NCBI GenBank assembly: GCA_030549845.1
Contig: JAUQQN010000007.1
Location: forward strand, 1 to 24,728
DNA: 24,728 bases
Reading direction: 5' to 3'
DNA from: Patescibacteria group bacterium
GTDB taxonomy: Bacteria > Patescibacteriota > Minisyncoccia > UBA6257 > HR35
This document shows positions 17,276 through 24,728 of the stretch, in pieces (the stretch's first letter is position 1; every line of letters begins with the position of its first letter). Position numbers and translations under genes: made by a program. The notes under the pieces are model-generated. The model saw only the letters and a program-made list of their open reading frames with translations. It was not told the DNA's origin and did not search any database.

Positions 17276-17773
17276 ATGAACGAAGAGAAAATAAGCTCAG
17301 GGATTTTAGTTTATAGAAAGAATAAAAAAAGTAGAAAAATAGAAGTATTGCTAGTCCATCCTGGAGGGCCTTATTGGCATAATAAAGATTTCAAATCATG
17401 GCATATACCTAAGGGTGGAGTTTCAGAAGATGAAGATTTATTACGAGCGGCAATTAGAGAGTTTGAAGAGGAAACGGGTTTATCTTTATCATTAAGGGAT
17501 ATTAAAAGAATAAAATACCTATGTGATGTAAGAAGTAAAAGTGGGAAATTAGTACATATTTTCTTTCTACAAAAAGATTTTAAAAAAGATAAATTCGGGA
17601 CAAGTAAAGAAAAAATTGAAGTTGAATGGCCTCCTGGTTCTGGAATTAGAAAAATTTATCCAGAAAATGATAAAGTTGAGTATATTGAATTAGAGTTAGC
17701 TAAGAAAAAAATCATTCCTTATCAATTACCTGTTTTATTAAAATTAGAAGAAAAAATTAAAAAGTCGAATTAA
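17276..17773 (+). CDS. NUDIX hydrolase (COG4119-like predicted NTP pyrophosphohydrolase)
   Basis: 165 aa. Complete Nudix box GGVSEDEDLLRAAIREFEEETGL (G-x5-E-x7-REUxEExGU). The N-terminal SGILVYR...LLVHPGGPYW is typical of the COG4119 subgroup. Confidence 0.85.
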   Translation: MNEEKISSGILVYRKNKKSRKIEVLLVHPGGPYWHNKDFKSWHIPKGGVSEDEDLLRAAIREFEEETGLSLSLRDIKRIKYLCDVRSKSGKLVHIFFLQKDFKKDKFGTSKEKIEVEWPPGSGIRKIYPENDKVEYIELELAKKKIIPYQLPVLLKLEEKIKKSN

Positions 17774-17786
17774 TATTTAATTAAAA

Positions 17787-18365
17787 ATGGATAAACTTAA
17801 AAAAGGAAGGGACTATGGACTTATAGGATCGTTATTATATTTTGGATCATTTTTACCAAATATAGGATTTGTTTTATATATTGCTTCCATTATTCTTTTA
17901 ATAGTAGCCGTAAAAAATATAAGCGAATTTTTAGAGAAAAGAAATATTTTTAAAGATTATGTAAAAAGCATTATAGTTATAATCTTGGGTAGCTTTATAT
18001 CGATTGTTTTATTAATTGGTGGTTTTGGTGTTTTGATATTGTCAGATACAAATTATTTAGAAAACTCTATTCAGGTGTTATTGAATGCTGTTAAAAATAA
18101 TTCTTTAAGTATGATTTTAATAACCTCAGGTATTATAGTTTTATGGGTTTCATTTATTATATGGGCTTATTTTGTAAAAAGAAGTTTTGTAGAAATCAGC
18201 AACAGTTTAAACATCAAGGAATTCAAAAAAGCTGCAGAATTTTATATGCTAGGCTCAATACTTTTGATTATTCTCGTAGGTTTTATATTCTCTTTAATCG
18301 GGAGCATTTTGCAAGCAATTGCTTTTTATGAGATTGATATAAAGAAAATTTCTCAAAATACTTAA
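17787..18365 (+). CDS. Integral membrane protein, DUF996-like
   Basis: 192 aa with about 4-5 TM helices. The strings YGLIGSLLYFGSFLPNIGFVLYIASIILLIVAVKNISE and C-terminal KKAAEFYMLGSILLIILVGFIFSLIGSILQAIAFYEI resemble DUF996 as I remember it. This family assignment is from memory only. Confidence 0.45.
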   Translation: MDKLKKGRDYGLIGSLLYFGSFLPNIGFVLYIASIILLIVAVKNISEFLEKRNIFKDYVKSIIVIILGSFISIVLLIGGFGVLILSDTNYLENSIQVLLNAVKNNSLSMILITSGIIVLWVSFIIWAYFVKRSFVEISNSLNIKEFKKAAEFYMLGSILLIILVGFIFSLIGSILQAIAFYEIDIKKISQNT

Positions 18366-18373
18366 TTTTAATC

Positions 18374-19816
18374 CTATATATTAAAAAATTTGTTTAATAT
18401 CTTAATCGTTATTTCATCTTTTACTAATATTAAAATTGCTAAATAAAAACTAGCTCCTAAAAAGATTGAAAGAAGAAGATTTTCGGGTTTTAAAATAATT
18501 AGTAATAAATACATACTTAAGGCGGCAAAAAAAGGTTTAAGAGCATTAGAGAGTAAATTTATAGTTATATATTTTTTTATATTTATATGAGCAAAGATTA
18601 AAGCAAGGTAATTAGAAAGTGTTGTATTAAAAGCAGCTATTACAAAACCATATTTAGGAATCAAGGCTATATTTAAAAATAGATTTACTAAAAAAGCTAT
18701 GAATTCGAAAATTAAAAGCTCCTTTCTTTTATCTATAGAAATCAAAAATTGACTATAAATCATAAATAGTGACGAAGCTAAAAGAGATGGTATTAGAACT
18801 TTTAATCCAATATGAGCATTAAGGTATTCGCTTCCAAAAATAAAAGTTACTAATTTTTCAGATAAAATCAAAACCCCAAATATTATTGGGAATATCATTA
18901 AATAAGTTAAATAGATTGAAAATGATAAATGTTTTTTAAGCTCTTCTTTGTTAGTTACATTTTTACTCAACATTGGAAGAATTGCTAATGCTATTCCTGT
19001 TGGTATAAGTATTAAAAATTCATTTATTTTAACAGCTGAATTATAAATTCCTACTTCAGAAGCATTTCTGTAATAACCTAAAATTATTGAATCAGTAAAT
19101 AAAAGCAATAAATATAAAGTATTAGCTAAAGCTATGGGCCATGAAGAATTAAAATAAATTTTATAAAGATCGAGATTAAAAACAATTTTAAAATTTTTAA
19201 GATAATCTAAAGCAAAGATAATGCTAATAAAAAATCCAAATAAAATAGCAAAAAAATAAGCAATGGCTAAATAAAATTCATTTTTAAAGAGTAAAAGCAT
19301 GTTTATTCCGATAGCAAAAAGAAATAAGTTTGTTAAGAAATGTAAAATTCCTTGTAATTCTCCTTTTAATTCTGCTCTATAAATTGAATATATCATCTCC
19401 CTTAATACATCGATAATCATCATTATACCTAGAATTGGCAATAGCTTAAAGGCTATTTGATTTTTTATGACAAAATACCCTACTAAAAATATCAAAAAAT
19501 AGCTTAAAATACTTAACAATATAGACATTGAAAAAATACAATTAAAAATAGGTTGTTTATTTTTTTCTTTAGTTAATTCTCTAGTTAAAATTGATGATAA
19601 ACCAAACTCAGGTAAAAAAGAGAAAATAAGTACAAAATTTATAGCCAAAGCAAAATTTCCGTAATGTGTTGGTCCCAAAATCCTTGCTGAAAATATAACC
19701 AACAAAGCTCTCAAAATACCTCCCAAGATTTTTCCACTTGTTAACCAAAAACTATTTTTTGCTATAATTTGATAAGGAGACAAATTTTGAAAAAATACAC
19801 TAAAAATCTTATTCAT
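18374..19816 (-). CDS. MOP-superfamily oligosaccharide/polysaccharide flippase (Wzx/MurJ-like 'polysaccharide biosynthesis protein')
   Basis: 480 aa with about 12-14 hydrophobic helices. The family-typical N-terminus is IAKNSFWLTSGKILGGILRALLVIFSARILGPTHYGNFALA. Confidence 0.78.
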   Translation of the reverse strand: MNKIFSVFFQNLSPYQIIAKNSFWLTSGKILGGILRALLVIFSARILGPTHYGNFALAINFVLIFSFLPEFGLSSILTRELTKEKNKQPIFNCIFSMSILLSILSYFLIFLVGYFVIKNQIAFKLLPILGIMMIIDVLREMIYSIYRAELKGELQGILHFLTNLFLFAIGINMLLLFKNEFYLAIAYFFAILFGFFISIIFALDYLKNFKIVFNLDLYKIYFNSSWPIALANTLYLLLLFTDSIILGYYRNASEVGIYNSAVKINEFLILIPTGIALAILPMLSKNVTNKEELKKHLSFSIYLTYLMIFPIIFGVLILSEKLVTFIFGSEYLNAHIGLKVLIPSLLASSLFMIYSQFLISIDKRKELLIFEFIAFLVNLFLNIALIPKYGFVIAAFNTTLSNYLALIFAHINIKKYITINLLSNALKPFFAALSMYLLLIILKPENLLLSIFLGASFYLAILILVKDEITIKILNKFFNI

Positions 19817-20333
19817 GTTAACTTATTATTTATATCAGATTTTTAAAAATAATTTAAAAATTTTAGAAGTATTTGACTTTTTTAGAGATGTTTTATTACT
19901 TCTTGTAATAATCATTTCAATATTTTTGGTCTTAAAAAGTTCTTTTAAAAATAAAAAAATTAACAAATTTCTTCTTTTTGAATTAGCATTAACTTTTGTT
20001 TTAACTTTTGTAATCACCAGTATTTTAAAAACAAACTATCCCCATTTAAGACCTATAAGTTATTTTTATCCAGGAGATCAATTTTTTGATAGTTTTCCAT
20101 CGAGACATACATCTATCGCTTTTGCTATTTCTAATGTTATATTTAACAATTTTATAGAATGGGGAATATTCCTTTTTTTATTAAGTGCATTGATAGCAAT
20201 ATTTTCCTGGATCTCCTTTATGCATTGGCCATTAGATATAATCATAGGAGCTTTCTTAGGATTTTTGATTTCTACTTTTGTTTTGGAGATAGCGAAGACT
20301 CTCTTGAGGTTTTATGTTAAAAATAGAAAATAG
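19815..20333 (+). CDS. PAP2-family membrane phosphatase (undecaprenyl-diphosphate/lipid phosphate phosphatase-like)
   Basis: 172 aa. The three acid-phosphatase motifs occur in order: K-x6-RP (KTNYPHLRP), PSxH (PSRHTS), and SFMHWPLD, which resembles the SR-x5-H-x3-D motif but lacks the Arg and has only 2 residues between H and D. They are embedded between TM helices. Confidence 0.8.
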   Translation: MLTYYLYQIFKNNLKILEVFDFFRDVLLLLVIIISIFLVLKSSFKNKKINKFLLFELALTFVLTFVITSILKTNYPHLRPISYFYPGDQFFDSFPSRHTSIAFAISNVIFNNFIEWGIFLFLLSALIAIFSWISFMHWPLDIIIGAFLGFLISTFVLEIAKTLLRFYVKNRK

Positions 20334-21935
20334 GAAATCTAAAAAATTTAAAATACCTAACACAAATATTAATCGCAATTTAGTATATTCATCCTTTTCC
20401 AAAATTCTTTCTTTTTCATAAAAAGAATTTAATTCTTTACAAAAATTTATAAAATATTGGAAAATCAAATTTGGCCTTAAGAAAATAGCAGATTCTTGAA
20501 TTAATTGTGCTAATTGGGTCATCATTCTCAAAATCTTTAAATATTCTTCTTTATCTTTGATATAATTAAAAGATTTTGTCAAGTTAGTCTTTACCGATTC
20601 TTTTTTAAGAATAAATTTCTGTTCTTTTGCTTTTCTAAGTATCCCCAAAAATCTTGCATATGTATATAAGGTATACCATACAGGGTTTTCTTCATTTTCT
20701 TTTTGCAAAATATCAAGATCTATCTCTATTGTATTTTCAGGTGCATATTTTGCAAAATAAAACCTTAGCGCATCTTTATTAACTAAATTGATAACATCCT
20801 CTAAAGTAACGTATGTTCCTTTTCTTTTTGACATTCGTAAAATTTCGTTTTCTTTCATTAGGTGTACCATTTGGTAAACTAAAAATTTAAAATTTCTTTC
20901 TTTAACATTAAATATTTTTTCAAAAACGGATGAAAGTCTTCTTACGTGATCCTGGTGGTCAGATGCTACTATAATCAATGAGTATTTAAATCTTCTTATA
21001 AAAAGTTTTTCATAATTGTATAAAATATCTGAGAAAAAATAAGTTGGTTCTCCATCTTTTTTAATTAAAACTTCATCTTTCGGCTCATTTAATTTAGTTA
21101 AGCTCAACCAAAGGGCTCCTTCTTTTTCTTCAATCAAATTTTTCTTTTCTAAAACTTTTAGAATTTTTTTATCTAAATCTTTTTTATAAAGATCAGATTC
21201 AAAATAAAAATTATCAAATCTGGTACCAAAAGAATAAAGAGGTTTTTTAATGTAATTTTCTAAAATATAATTTACAATAAATTTTTTAAGTTGAGTTTCA
21301 GTTAAAGAACTAATTTTTCCTTTAAATTTTTCTGCGATTTCTTTTATATATTCTCCCTTATAATACTCTTCTTTGTACTCTCTTTTGTTTAAATAATATA
21401 GTATCGAATCTAATAAAATATCTACCTGCTTTCCTCTGTCATTTACGTAATATTCTTTTGTAACACGAAAACCACAAAGTTTTAAAAGATTAGCTAATGT
21501 ATCACCTAAAATAGCACCTCTTGCATTTCCGAGATGAAGTGGACCAGTAGGATTTGCTGATACGTATTCTATTATAAATTTTTGTCTTCTTCCTATATTG
21601 TTTTTAAATATCTCAAATTTTCTTAAAGCAACAGCTTTGTAAAATTCAAATAATATTTTTTTATTCAAATAAAAATTAAGATACCCATTAAGAACTTTAA
21701 TATCTCCAATAAAAGGAAGGGCTTTTATTATTTTATCTTTATATTCTTCAAAAATTTCTTGTGGGTTTTTATTTATAAATTTAGCTAAAAAGAACAAAAA
21801 ATTAGAAGAAAGGTCTCCATATTCAATTTTTTCTGGTAAAAAAACTCTTATACCACTTTTAATTTCGGATCTTTTTTCTTTCAAAATATTCCTTGCTAAT
21901 TGTCTAAGTCTGTTTTCAATTTTATTTCCTATCAT
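20256..21935 (-). CDS. argS: Arginine--tRNA ligase
   Basis: 559 aa. HIGH-region motif SANPTGPLHLGNARGAILGD. The MSKRKG motif (KMSKS equivalent) is present. The C-terminal DALR-type anticodon-binding region ends ...FNIKPQESL plus a 12-aa extension. Confidence 0.92.
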   Translation of the reverse strand: MIGNKIENRLRQLARNILKEKRSEIKSGIRVFLPEKIEYGDLSSNFLFFLAKFINKNPQEIFEEYKDKIIKALPFIGDIKVLNGYLNFYLNKKILFEFYKAVALRKFEIFKNNIGRRQKFIIEYVSANPTGPLHLGNARGAILGDTLANLLKLCGFRVTKEYYVNDRGKQVDILLDSILYYLNKREYKEEYYKGEYIKEIAEKFKGKISSLTETQLKKFIVNYILENYIKKPLYSFGTRFDNFYFESDLYKKDLDKKILKVLEKKNLIEEKEGALWLSLTKLNEPKDEVLIKKDGEPTYFFSDILYNYEKLFIRRFKYSLIIVASDHQDHVRRLSSVFEKIFNVKERNFKFLVYQMVHLMKENEILRMSKRKGTYVTLEDVINLVNKDALRFYFAKYAPENTIEIDLDILQKENEENPVWYTLYTYARFLGILRKAKEQKFILKKESVKTNLTKSFNYIKDKEEYLKILRMMTQLAQLIQESAIFLRPNLIFQYFINFCKELNSFYEKERILEKDEYTKLRLIFVLGILNFLDFLFSIFNIKPQESLRYLQNKSRNQKS

Positions 21936-23130
21936 TATTTAAAAATTCCCAAATTTTTGAATTATCTGTAAAAAATCTGCCTAATCTAATAGCTTCTCTT
22001 TCACTAAATTCTGATGGATTATTATTTAAAGAGGAATTTAAAATTAAAAGAGGAACAGGTCCATAAGCGTGCTTTCCTGTTTTAATAGAAGTTATATGAT
22101 CGCCTGTAATTACAAATATTATATTTTTATTATAAATTTTTTTAAAAAATTGATCAAATAATTCAAAAAATATTTTTTTCTTTTCAAAATTTTTATCATG
22201 ACTTGCCTCGTCTGCTTTCTTTAAATGTACATATATTATCTCGTATTTGTTAATAACTTTCTTAATACCTTTATAAACATTTTTAAATTCTTCTTTTGCA
22301 TCTTTACTTTCTTGAAGAACAAACTTCTTAAATCCTATAGAAAGACAAGTTCCTAAGTCTACACCTAAAGTAGCTAAGGTTATGCCATTTTTAAATCCAT
22401 ATTTCTCAAAAAAATTCCTTAATTTTAAAATTTTTGTGCCACCCTCTCTTAAAAGCAAATAATTAGCAGGAGGCAATCCTTTTTTAGTTCTTTCAATATT
22501 AATTTTATGATTTTCCAATGCGATATAAACATTCCTTAAAAATTCATTCAAAATTTTAGCAGTTTTAATAGATAAGCTGTCATTAGATAAATTTTTAATC
22601 TTTTTTACTTTTTTATTTATATCCAAAGGATCATTAAATGAAATTTTGTCTGAAAGTTTTTGCTTAAATATTAAAACACCCCTATGCCCCAAGCCTCTTT
22701 TAAAAACAAAAGGAATGCTAAATTTTATTTTATTAATTTCTTTTTCCAAAATATCTAAGCCATAAATATTTCTCCCAACTCGTCTATCGATAACTCTTAA
22801 ATTTCTATCAACACTTGCAAAATTAGCCCTAAAAGCCAACCAGCCATTTTTATATTTTACTCCTATCCCTATTGCTTCATAAGGCCCTCTTTTAAAAAGA
22901 TCTGGTTTTATCTTATAACCCAAGATTCCTAAATTAGCTAGCCCACTTACGCTAGCTTCGCCATATTTTGGCCAATATTTTTTTTCTAAAGGCAAAATAT
23001 AACTTAAAAACCCTTTTTTATTTTTTAAAAGAAATTCAATAAAAGGCTTATTGCTAATTTTTAAAGGAGTTTTTAAAGAATTTTTATCTGCTAACCCATC
23101 TATTAAAAAAAATATTATTTTACTTTTCAT
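21922..23130 (-). CDS. apgM: 2,3-bisphosphoglycerate-independent phosphoglycerate mutase, archaeal type (ApgM)
   Basis: Metalloenzyme-superfamily motifs: IIFFLIDGLAD, YVHLKKADEASHD, ITGDHITS, GKHAYGPVPLLI. The start is set at the ATG at 23130 (MKSKIIFF...), 10 codons inside the ORF-track start. Confidence 0.85.
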   Translation of the reverse strand: MKSKIIFFLIDGLADKNSLKTPLKISNKPFIEFLLKNKKGFLSYILPLEKKYWPKYGEASVSGLANLGILGYKIKPDLFKRGPYEAIGIGVKYKNGWLAFRANFASVDRNLRVIDRRVGRNIYGLDILEKEINKIKFSIPFVFKRGLGHRGVLIFKQKLSDKISFNDPLDINKKVKKIKNLSNDSLSIKTAKILNEFLRNVYIALENHKINIERTKKGLPPANYLLLREGGTKILKLRNFFEKYGFKNGITLATLGVDLGTCLSIGFKKFVLQESKDAKEEFKNVYKGIKKVINKYEIIYVHLKKADEASHDKNFEKKKIFFELFDQFFKKIYNKNIIFVITGDHITSIKTGKHAYGPVPLLILNSSLNNNPSEFSEREAIRLGRFFTDNSKIWEFLNNDRK

Positions 23131-23332
23131 TTTTTTCAAGCTCCTCCTTGAGTCTAACAAAATATATTATCCACGACAAAATTATTATTAAGGAAAATAA
23201 TATTGCAAACTTAAAAGCATAATATTTTAAAAAATAAAAAACCCAGTTGAGAATTAAAAATACTAAAAAAATTTCTAATGCATAATCATTCAATGAAAGC
23301 TTTTTAAAAAATTGCAAAAAATTTTTAACCAT
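23120..23332 (-). CDS. Hypothetical small membrane protein (2 TM)
   Basis: 70 aa with two hydrophobic helices and a charged C-terminus (KEELEKNEK). It sits at the head of the apgM-argS string and overlaps the apgM start by 11 nt. The call rests on position and hydrophobicity only. Confidence 0.4.
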   Translation of the reverse strand: MVKNFLQFFKKLSLNDYALEIFLVFLILNWVFYFLKYYAFKFAILFSLIIILSWIIYFVRLKEELEKNEK

Positions 23333-23389
23333 TAATTATAATTTTAAATTATTATTTAGCTAAATAGCAAGTAAAATTTTAATCGAAAT

Positions 23390-23415
23390 AAATAATTCCG
23401 TACGGAACTATTTGT
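23390..23415. repeat. Copy 2 of the exact 26-nt repeat AAATAATTCCGTACGGAACTATTTGT
   Basis: Identical to 7217..7242 and in the same orientation. It lies in the 257-nt gap downstream of the DUF2341 gene and upstream of the small-membrane-protein/apgM/argS string. Confidence 0.9.
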
Positions 23416-23589
23416 TTTATGAAGTTAAAAAGAATATTTGTGGTTGAAAGAAAAACCTTCATTATTTCATGGTTTATTTAGTAGCTTCATATAAAGCCTT
23501 AATTTCATCAGCAGAAAGGATATGGTTCATAATTGATTAATGGTAGTGGTTAATAATTTGATTTTTAAATATAAAAAGACTATTATTTA

Positions 23590-24728
23590 TTAAGGTTGGA
23601 TACTTTCTTCTGCTCCTATACTTGTTGTTGGTTCTGGTGAGGCATATTTGCGGATAATAACATAATCGTTATAACTATCAGAGCTTTTAAACTTAAAACC
23701 ATACTGAGTAAAGACTGAGGGTACGGTATCAGAGGTTGCATCTATTAAAACTCCATCCTTCCACCATTTTTGAGAATTTTGAAATATAACAGTTTCATAT
23801 ATATGCCAACTGCGTGTATCTCCATAGGGGCAACTTCCAGAACCTAAACATTGGTGAGAAAAAAACGCATACCATGAAGATGATTGAGTGTAAAAAGGGG
23901 AAGAGTATTCAATATCACCCAATTTAGAATAAAATACCACATCATATGCGCCACTATTAGAACCACTTTTTACTCTATTTTTTATGTGGAGACCAACCTG
24001 GGTTGAAATAGAAATAGACAAACTCCTACTCTTCAAAGGTTGATTTCCAGAAGTCCAACCGTTAATAGTGTTTTGAACCATATCATTAGTTACAACCCAG
24101 TTAGAAGGATAATCCCATTTAGAGGTATCTTTAATGGTAAAATCATCAAAAAACTCAAAAGTTGCATCTCCATTACTCATTGAAGTAGCTTCAGGATTCC
24201 CATAATAAACATAAATAATCTTATTACCTGTAGGAATAGAAGGAACTTTAACCCATATTTTTGTATTAGCAGAATTACAACCAGATTCTAACCAATAAGA
24301 TAATTGAGTTGACCCATCACTATCAGTAAACCTTATATCTCCACAATCTGAACGCATTTTATTAGCAGAAATTAAACTTTGAGTATCTAAAGTAACTAAA
24401 ACTTGATAGTCCGTTAAGCTTGAAGCAGAATTAGAAATTGTTATTAGTCTTCTATAAAGCCACCCTCTGCCAGTTAGTCTTTCTAAAATAGCAAATGGTG
24501 TTAATCCCTGTTTAGTGCCTACTATATAAACAGTTTTATTTTTTTCTAAAGCAGCTGTTATTTCATAGCTACCTCCTGCTACAAAGCTATAATAATATGG
24601 GGGTTTATTAATAGGATCTATAGGTAAAGAGGATATGTTTATTAGAGGAAATTGGTTAAAAGGTATAGGTATCCAGCCTGTACCATCTATATTTTGAGGA
24701 TTTGCAGAACATCTATATGACCAACCTG
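23590..24728 (-). CDS. 5'-truncated surface protein with a pilin-like segment, a DUF2341 domain and a LamG/concanavalin-like C-terminal region
   Basis: The ORF track starts at M (24357). I translated the same frame upstream to the window edge and found no stop: ...NIDGTGWIPIPFNQFPLINISSLPIDPINKPPYYYSFVAGGSYEITAALEKN...GRGWLYRRLITISNSASSLTDYQVLVTLDTQSLISANK-MRSDCGDIRFTDSDGSTQLSYWLE...IWVKVPSIP...IYVYYGNP. The WxYRRxITI...DYQV...DIRFTD...YWIE...WVKVP...YYGN pattern is the DUF2341 signature and spans the track's Met. The C-terminus ends ...IIRKYASPEPTTSIGAEE. Confidence 0.8.
   Translation of the reverse strand, partial: GWSYRCSANPQNIDGTGWIPIPFNQFPLINISSLPIDPINKPPYYYSFVAGGSYEITAALEKNKTVYIVGTKQGLTPFAILERLTGRGWLYRRLITISNSASSLTDYQVLVTLDTQSLISANKMRSDCGDIRFTDSDGSTQLSYWLESGCNSANTKIWVKVPSIPTGNKIIYVYYGNPEATSMSNGDATFEFFDDFTIKDTSKWDYPSNWVVTNDMVQNTINGWTSGNQPLKSRSLSISISTQVGLHIKNRVKSGSNSGAYDVVFYSKLGDIEYSSPFYTQSSSWYAFFSHQCLGSGSCPYGDTRSWHIYETVIFQNSQKWWKDGVLIDATSDTVPSVFTQYGFKFKSSDSYNDYVIIRKYASPEPTTSIGAEESIQP

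Noticed and set aside
23131-23160. ApgM N-terminal extension MLDSRRSLKK.
   Set aside because: ApgM-type enzymes begin a few residues before the hhhhhDGhAD metal-binding strand, and MKSKIIFFLIDGLAD fits this. The longer form would overlap the upstream small ORF by 41 nt. The choice remains uncertain without alignments.
23419-23530. Mini-ORFs MKLKRIFVVERKTFIISWFI (+, 23419-23481) and MNHILSADEIKALYEATK (-, 23530-23474).
   Set aside because: They are 20 and 18 aa, with no SD, no recognisable motif and a mutual overlap. I cannot support them as genes from sequence alone. They are kept only as a note under the 257-nt gap finding.

Overview
This is a visibly AT-rich (about 30% GC by eye, not computed), very gene-dense bacterial chromosomal segment. 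I support 22 protein-coding genes. Most are separated by fewer than 30 nt or overlap. I recognise no rRNA, tRNA, CRISPR array, transposase or integrase. Gene content is bacterial GroES/GroEL, SecA, ArgS, PEP synthase, an archaeal-type cofactor-independent phosphoglycerate mutase, FemAB-family and MurF-family cell-wall enzymes, and a pilin-like DUF2341 surface protein. Together with the composition, this suggests (inference only) a small-genome, CPR/Patescibacteria-like bacterium. The standard genetic code fits: all conserved proteins read full length, and TGA acts as a stop at 7250 and 15684. Both window edges cut genes, and the ORF track understates both. The repeat protein at the left edge is open from nt 2. 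The DUF2341 protein at the right edge is open to nt 24728. The most interesting region is 13.4-20.3 kb. It holds a translationally coupled trio: a MurF-like ligase whose N-terminal domain is replaced by a roughly 170-aa polytopic membrane domain, a DegT-like PLP enzyme, and a FemAB-family transferase. Next to the trio lie a NUDIX hydrolase, a DUF996-like membrane protein, a MOP-family flippase and a PAP2 phosphatase, which points to an uncharacterised lipid-linked cell-envelope tailoring module. Other points worth a second look: (1) the groES leader, with an extended -10, a degenerate CIRCE-like inverted repeat and a perfect 12-bp stem; (2) a perfect 10-bp hairpin plus U-tract between groES and groEL; (3) an exact 26-nt palindrome-containing repeat at two distant intergenic sites; (4) divergent genes sharing a CATG start; (5) a 37-38 aa GP[YF] repeat protein; (6) a conserved-looking pair of Cys-motif hypothetical proteins. 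All functional calls rest on motifs read by eye, and no database search was possible.
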